Shown piece by piece: positions 4,280-5,856 of a stretch of 5,856 bases of DNA; the stretch's first letter is position 1, and each line of letters begins with the position of its first letter. A model generated the notes under the pieces. It was not told the DNA's origin, did not search any database, and was given only the letters and a program-made list of their open reading frames with translations. A program made the translations under genes and the position numbers. The stretch is from IMG/VR virus record IMGVR_UViG_3300007766_000052; one strand, written 5' to 3'. The DNA comes from a virus.

Positions 4280-5856
4280 ATGGCTCCGATAAAAACAAGA
4301 CATGCAACAAACCCGATTGCGGTGCCTCGCACCCGCAGAAATCATATGCTCCGCAATATGACGTCGCTGCCTGCCGGCAAGGTCGTACCTGTGGCGACGA
4401 TCCCGCTACTACGTGAGGATAGTATGCGGGGCCGGTTTGCCTTTGCATTCGAGATGCAGCAAACAGTAGAAGTTCTGTTGAACGGCATTGATGTGGTGTG
4501 TGAGGCGTGGCTAGTGCCGAATTTGGCTATGCCCGAATTTCGCACCGCAGACGATCTTGACCTTGCTTATACGGGTCGTAAGCGTGACGGTGAGGCGGCA
4601 CCGACGCCGTATTTCGTGACGCAGCCAGCCGGTGCGCCGGAAACTAATCAGGTGCACCAGCGGCTCGGCAAGCATAGGCGGTCAACGCAAATGGCCAACA
4701 TGTCCTATGTTCGGTCTTATAATGCGTTGGTCAATTTTGCCCGCGCTGAGGTGTCGGCAAACATTCCGCAGCGTGAGCTGCTCGATAAGACGCTCGCGCA
4801 AGCGATGTGGCCGAAAAATATGTTCTCGCATATTGTGCCTGATTTTGATCAGGCGGTGATGCAAGGCGAGGTAGCGTTGAGCGTTGCCCAGCAAAATCTC
4901 GCTATACAAGGCACGCTGAATGGCGGTCGCTATGTTCCGGTTTCCGGCCAGCCTAAATATGTGGCAGGCACGCAAGAGTTCGGCTCTTTCGTGGATAGCT
5001 CGAGGTTGAATAAGTTCGACACAAATGCGCCGGTGGGCAGCCCTATTTCTGACCTGAAAAACCTGAAAGCGGATTTGCAGGGCGCTGTAGCCGTATTGCA
5101 GGATAACGGTATCACGATCTCGCTGGCGAACATTGAGACTGCGAGAAAGGCGCAGATATTCGCGAATATCCGCAAGCGCTATAATGCGCATGAGGAGATG
5201 ATTATCGACCTGTTGATGGATGGTATTCACGTCACAGAGCAGGCGTGGCGGCAGCCAATCCTGCTGCGACGTGGCGATACCCGCTTCGGCATGTCCAAGC
5301 GGTATTCATCTGACGCCGACGCAATGACAACATCGATTGTCGAAGGCGCGGCAGCGATTGAGTTCGATCTAAATGTGCCTCGTGTACCCGGTGGCGGCGT
5401 TGTCATGATCGTCGCTTATTGTGCGCCTGAGCAGTTGTTCGAGCGCATGGAAGACCCCTATCTGGCGGCGCTGTCGCCGGATGATCTTCCGGCGTTTCTG
5501 GAGGATCATCTTGATCCAGAAGCGGTGGAGATCGTGAAGAATGATTACATCGATAATGACCATGATCAGCCGGATGACATTTATGGCTATGGACCGAAGA
5601 ATTTCCGGTGGAATTTCGTGCCTCCCGGCATCGGCGGGCGGTTCCATAGACCGGAGGTCGATGCCGGTTTCGATGAAGATCGTAACGCTATTTGGGCTGT
5701 AGAAACCCAAAATCCGAGGCTTACGAAAGACGCCTATCTCGTACCGGCGGACATTCACCTCAAGCCCTTCTGGACGTCCACAATTGACCCGTTCGATTGC
5801 ATCACGCTCGGCCAGTGCGTGATTGAGGGGAATACGCAGTTCGGACCGGCGTTGAT
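4280..5856 (+). CDS. Major capsid protein (Microviridae F / VP1 family), 5' part; the ORF is still open at the window end and continues at 1..151 (553 aa when joined)
   Basis: I translated this frame by hand from ATG 4280 and found no stop through 5856. The N-terminal pattern TSLPAGKVVPVATIPLLREDSM ... VVCEAWLVPN parallels the conserved G-x-hydrophobic-P ... PGD ... FFVP-x-R blocks of microvirus capsid proteins. It is the largest gene. A weak SD (aaagg) ends 9 nt upstream. It is absent from the ORF track only because it has no in-window stop. Confidence 0.85.
   Translation, partial: MAPIKTRHATNPIAVPRTRRNHMLRNMTSLPAGKVVPVATIPLLREDSMRGRFAFAFEMQQTVEVLLNGIDVVCEAWLVPNLAMPEFRTADDLDLAYTGRKRDGEAAPTPYFVTQPAGAPETNQVHQRLGKHRRSTQMANMSYVRSYNALVNFARAEVSANIPQRELLDKTLAQAMWPKNMFSHIVPDFDQAVMQGEVALSVAQQNLAIQGTLNGGRYVPVSGQPKYVAGTQEFGSFVDSSRLNKFDTNAPVGSPISDLKNLKADLQGAVAVLQDNGITISLANIETARKAQIFANIRKRYNAHEEMIIDLLMDGIHVTEQAWRQPILLRRGDTRFGMSKRYSSDADAMTTSIVEGAAAIEFDLNVPRVPGGGVVMIVAYCAPEQLFERMEDPYLAALSPDDLPAFLEDHLDPEAVEIVKNDYIDNDHDQPDDIYGYGPKNFRWNFVPPGIGGRFHRPEVDAGFDEDRNAIWAVETQNPRLTKDAYLVPADIHLKPFWTSTIDPFDCITLGQCVIEGNTQFGPAL
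5791..5856. repeat. Terminal direct repeat, right copy (identical to 1-66)
   Basis: Same 66-nt string as 1-66. Confidence 0.95.

Larger units (their letters stand above)
1..5856 (+). mobile_element. Complete circular ssDNA phage genome (Microviridae-like), unit length 5,790 nt, linearised inside the capsid gene with a 66-nt assembly overlap
   Basis: There is an exact 66-nt direct repeat at the two ends. All long, well-initiated ORFs are on one strand. The gene set is capsid (F/VP1-like), HUH Rep, Gly/Ala-rich pilot-like protein and a small basic protein. The size and compactness, with overlapping start/stop codons, fit a microvirus. Confidence 0.85.

Noticed and set aside
458-4545. Remaining minus-strand ORFs (458-910, 525-722, 726-914, 883-1146, 930-1187, 1184-1453, 1738-2181, 2317-2634, 2686-3021, 2796-3014, 3316-3585, 3742-4056, 4109-4345, 4342-4545)
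   Set aside because: All are antisense shadows of well-supported + strand genes. They are short, compositionally odd (rich in Cys/Arg/His) and have no ribosome-binding context.
4682-5230. 182-aa ORF on the minus strand
   Set aside because: It lies entirely antisense to the capsid gene. Its Arg/Leu/Ile/His-rich, low-information sequence is typical of the reverse frame of a real gene. Microviruses transcribe one strand only, and it has no SD or promoter context.
5369-5758. 129-aa ORF on the minus strand
   Set aside because: It is antisense to the capsid gene for the same reasons as above, and has no recognisable motif.
1-5856. tRNA, rRNA, CRISPR array, transposase/integrase or IS-type inverted repeats
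   Set aside because: I saw no cloverleaf-like segments, no regularly spaced direct repeats, no recombinase-like ORF and no terminal inverted repeats on either strand.

Overview
This window appears to be one complete, circularly permuted genome of a small ssDNA phage of the Microviridae type. It was linearised inside its largest gene. Bases 1-66 are identical to bases 5791-5856, so the true unit length is 5,790 nt. All credible genes lie on the + strand and are tightly packed, with ATGA and ATGCATGA start/stop overlaps. The major capsid gene (F/VP1-like, 553 aa once joined) starts at 4280, runs off the right end and finishes at 151. It has no stop codon inside the window, which is why the ORF track does not list it. 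Gene order on the circle is as follows:
- capsid
- 185-aa protein with an acidic repeat tail
- LAS/M15-type zinc peptidase (cell-wall hydrolase)
- 62-aa ORF coupled to the peptidase, followed by a strong intrinsic terminator
- HUH rolling-circle Rep (VP4/A-like)
- 103-aa very basic protein
- 69-aa protein with two transmembrane segments, holin-like
- Gly/Ala-rich pilot-like protein (H/VP2-like), then back to the capsid gene

The most interesting point is that a microvirus seems to carry enzyme-based lysis parts (M15 peptidase plus a pinholin-like membrane protein) split between two places in the genome. Classic microviruses instead rely on an overprinted single-gene lysis protein. Other points of interest are a long, very basic alternative-frame ORF over the 3' third of rep, hairpin-rich intergenic regions that share short motifs, and a gene order unlike phiX174 or the classic gokushoviruses. 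All functional calls come from reading motifs by eye. No database or HMM search was possible.
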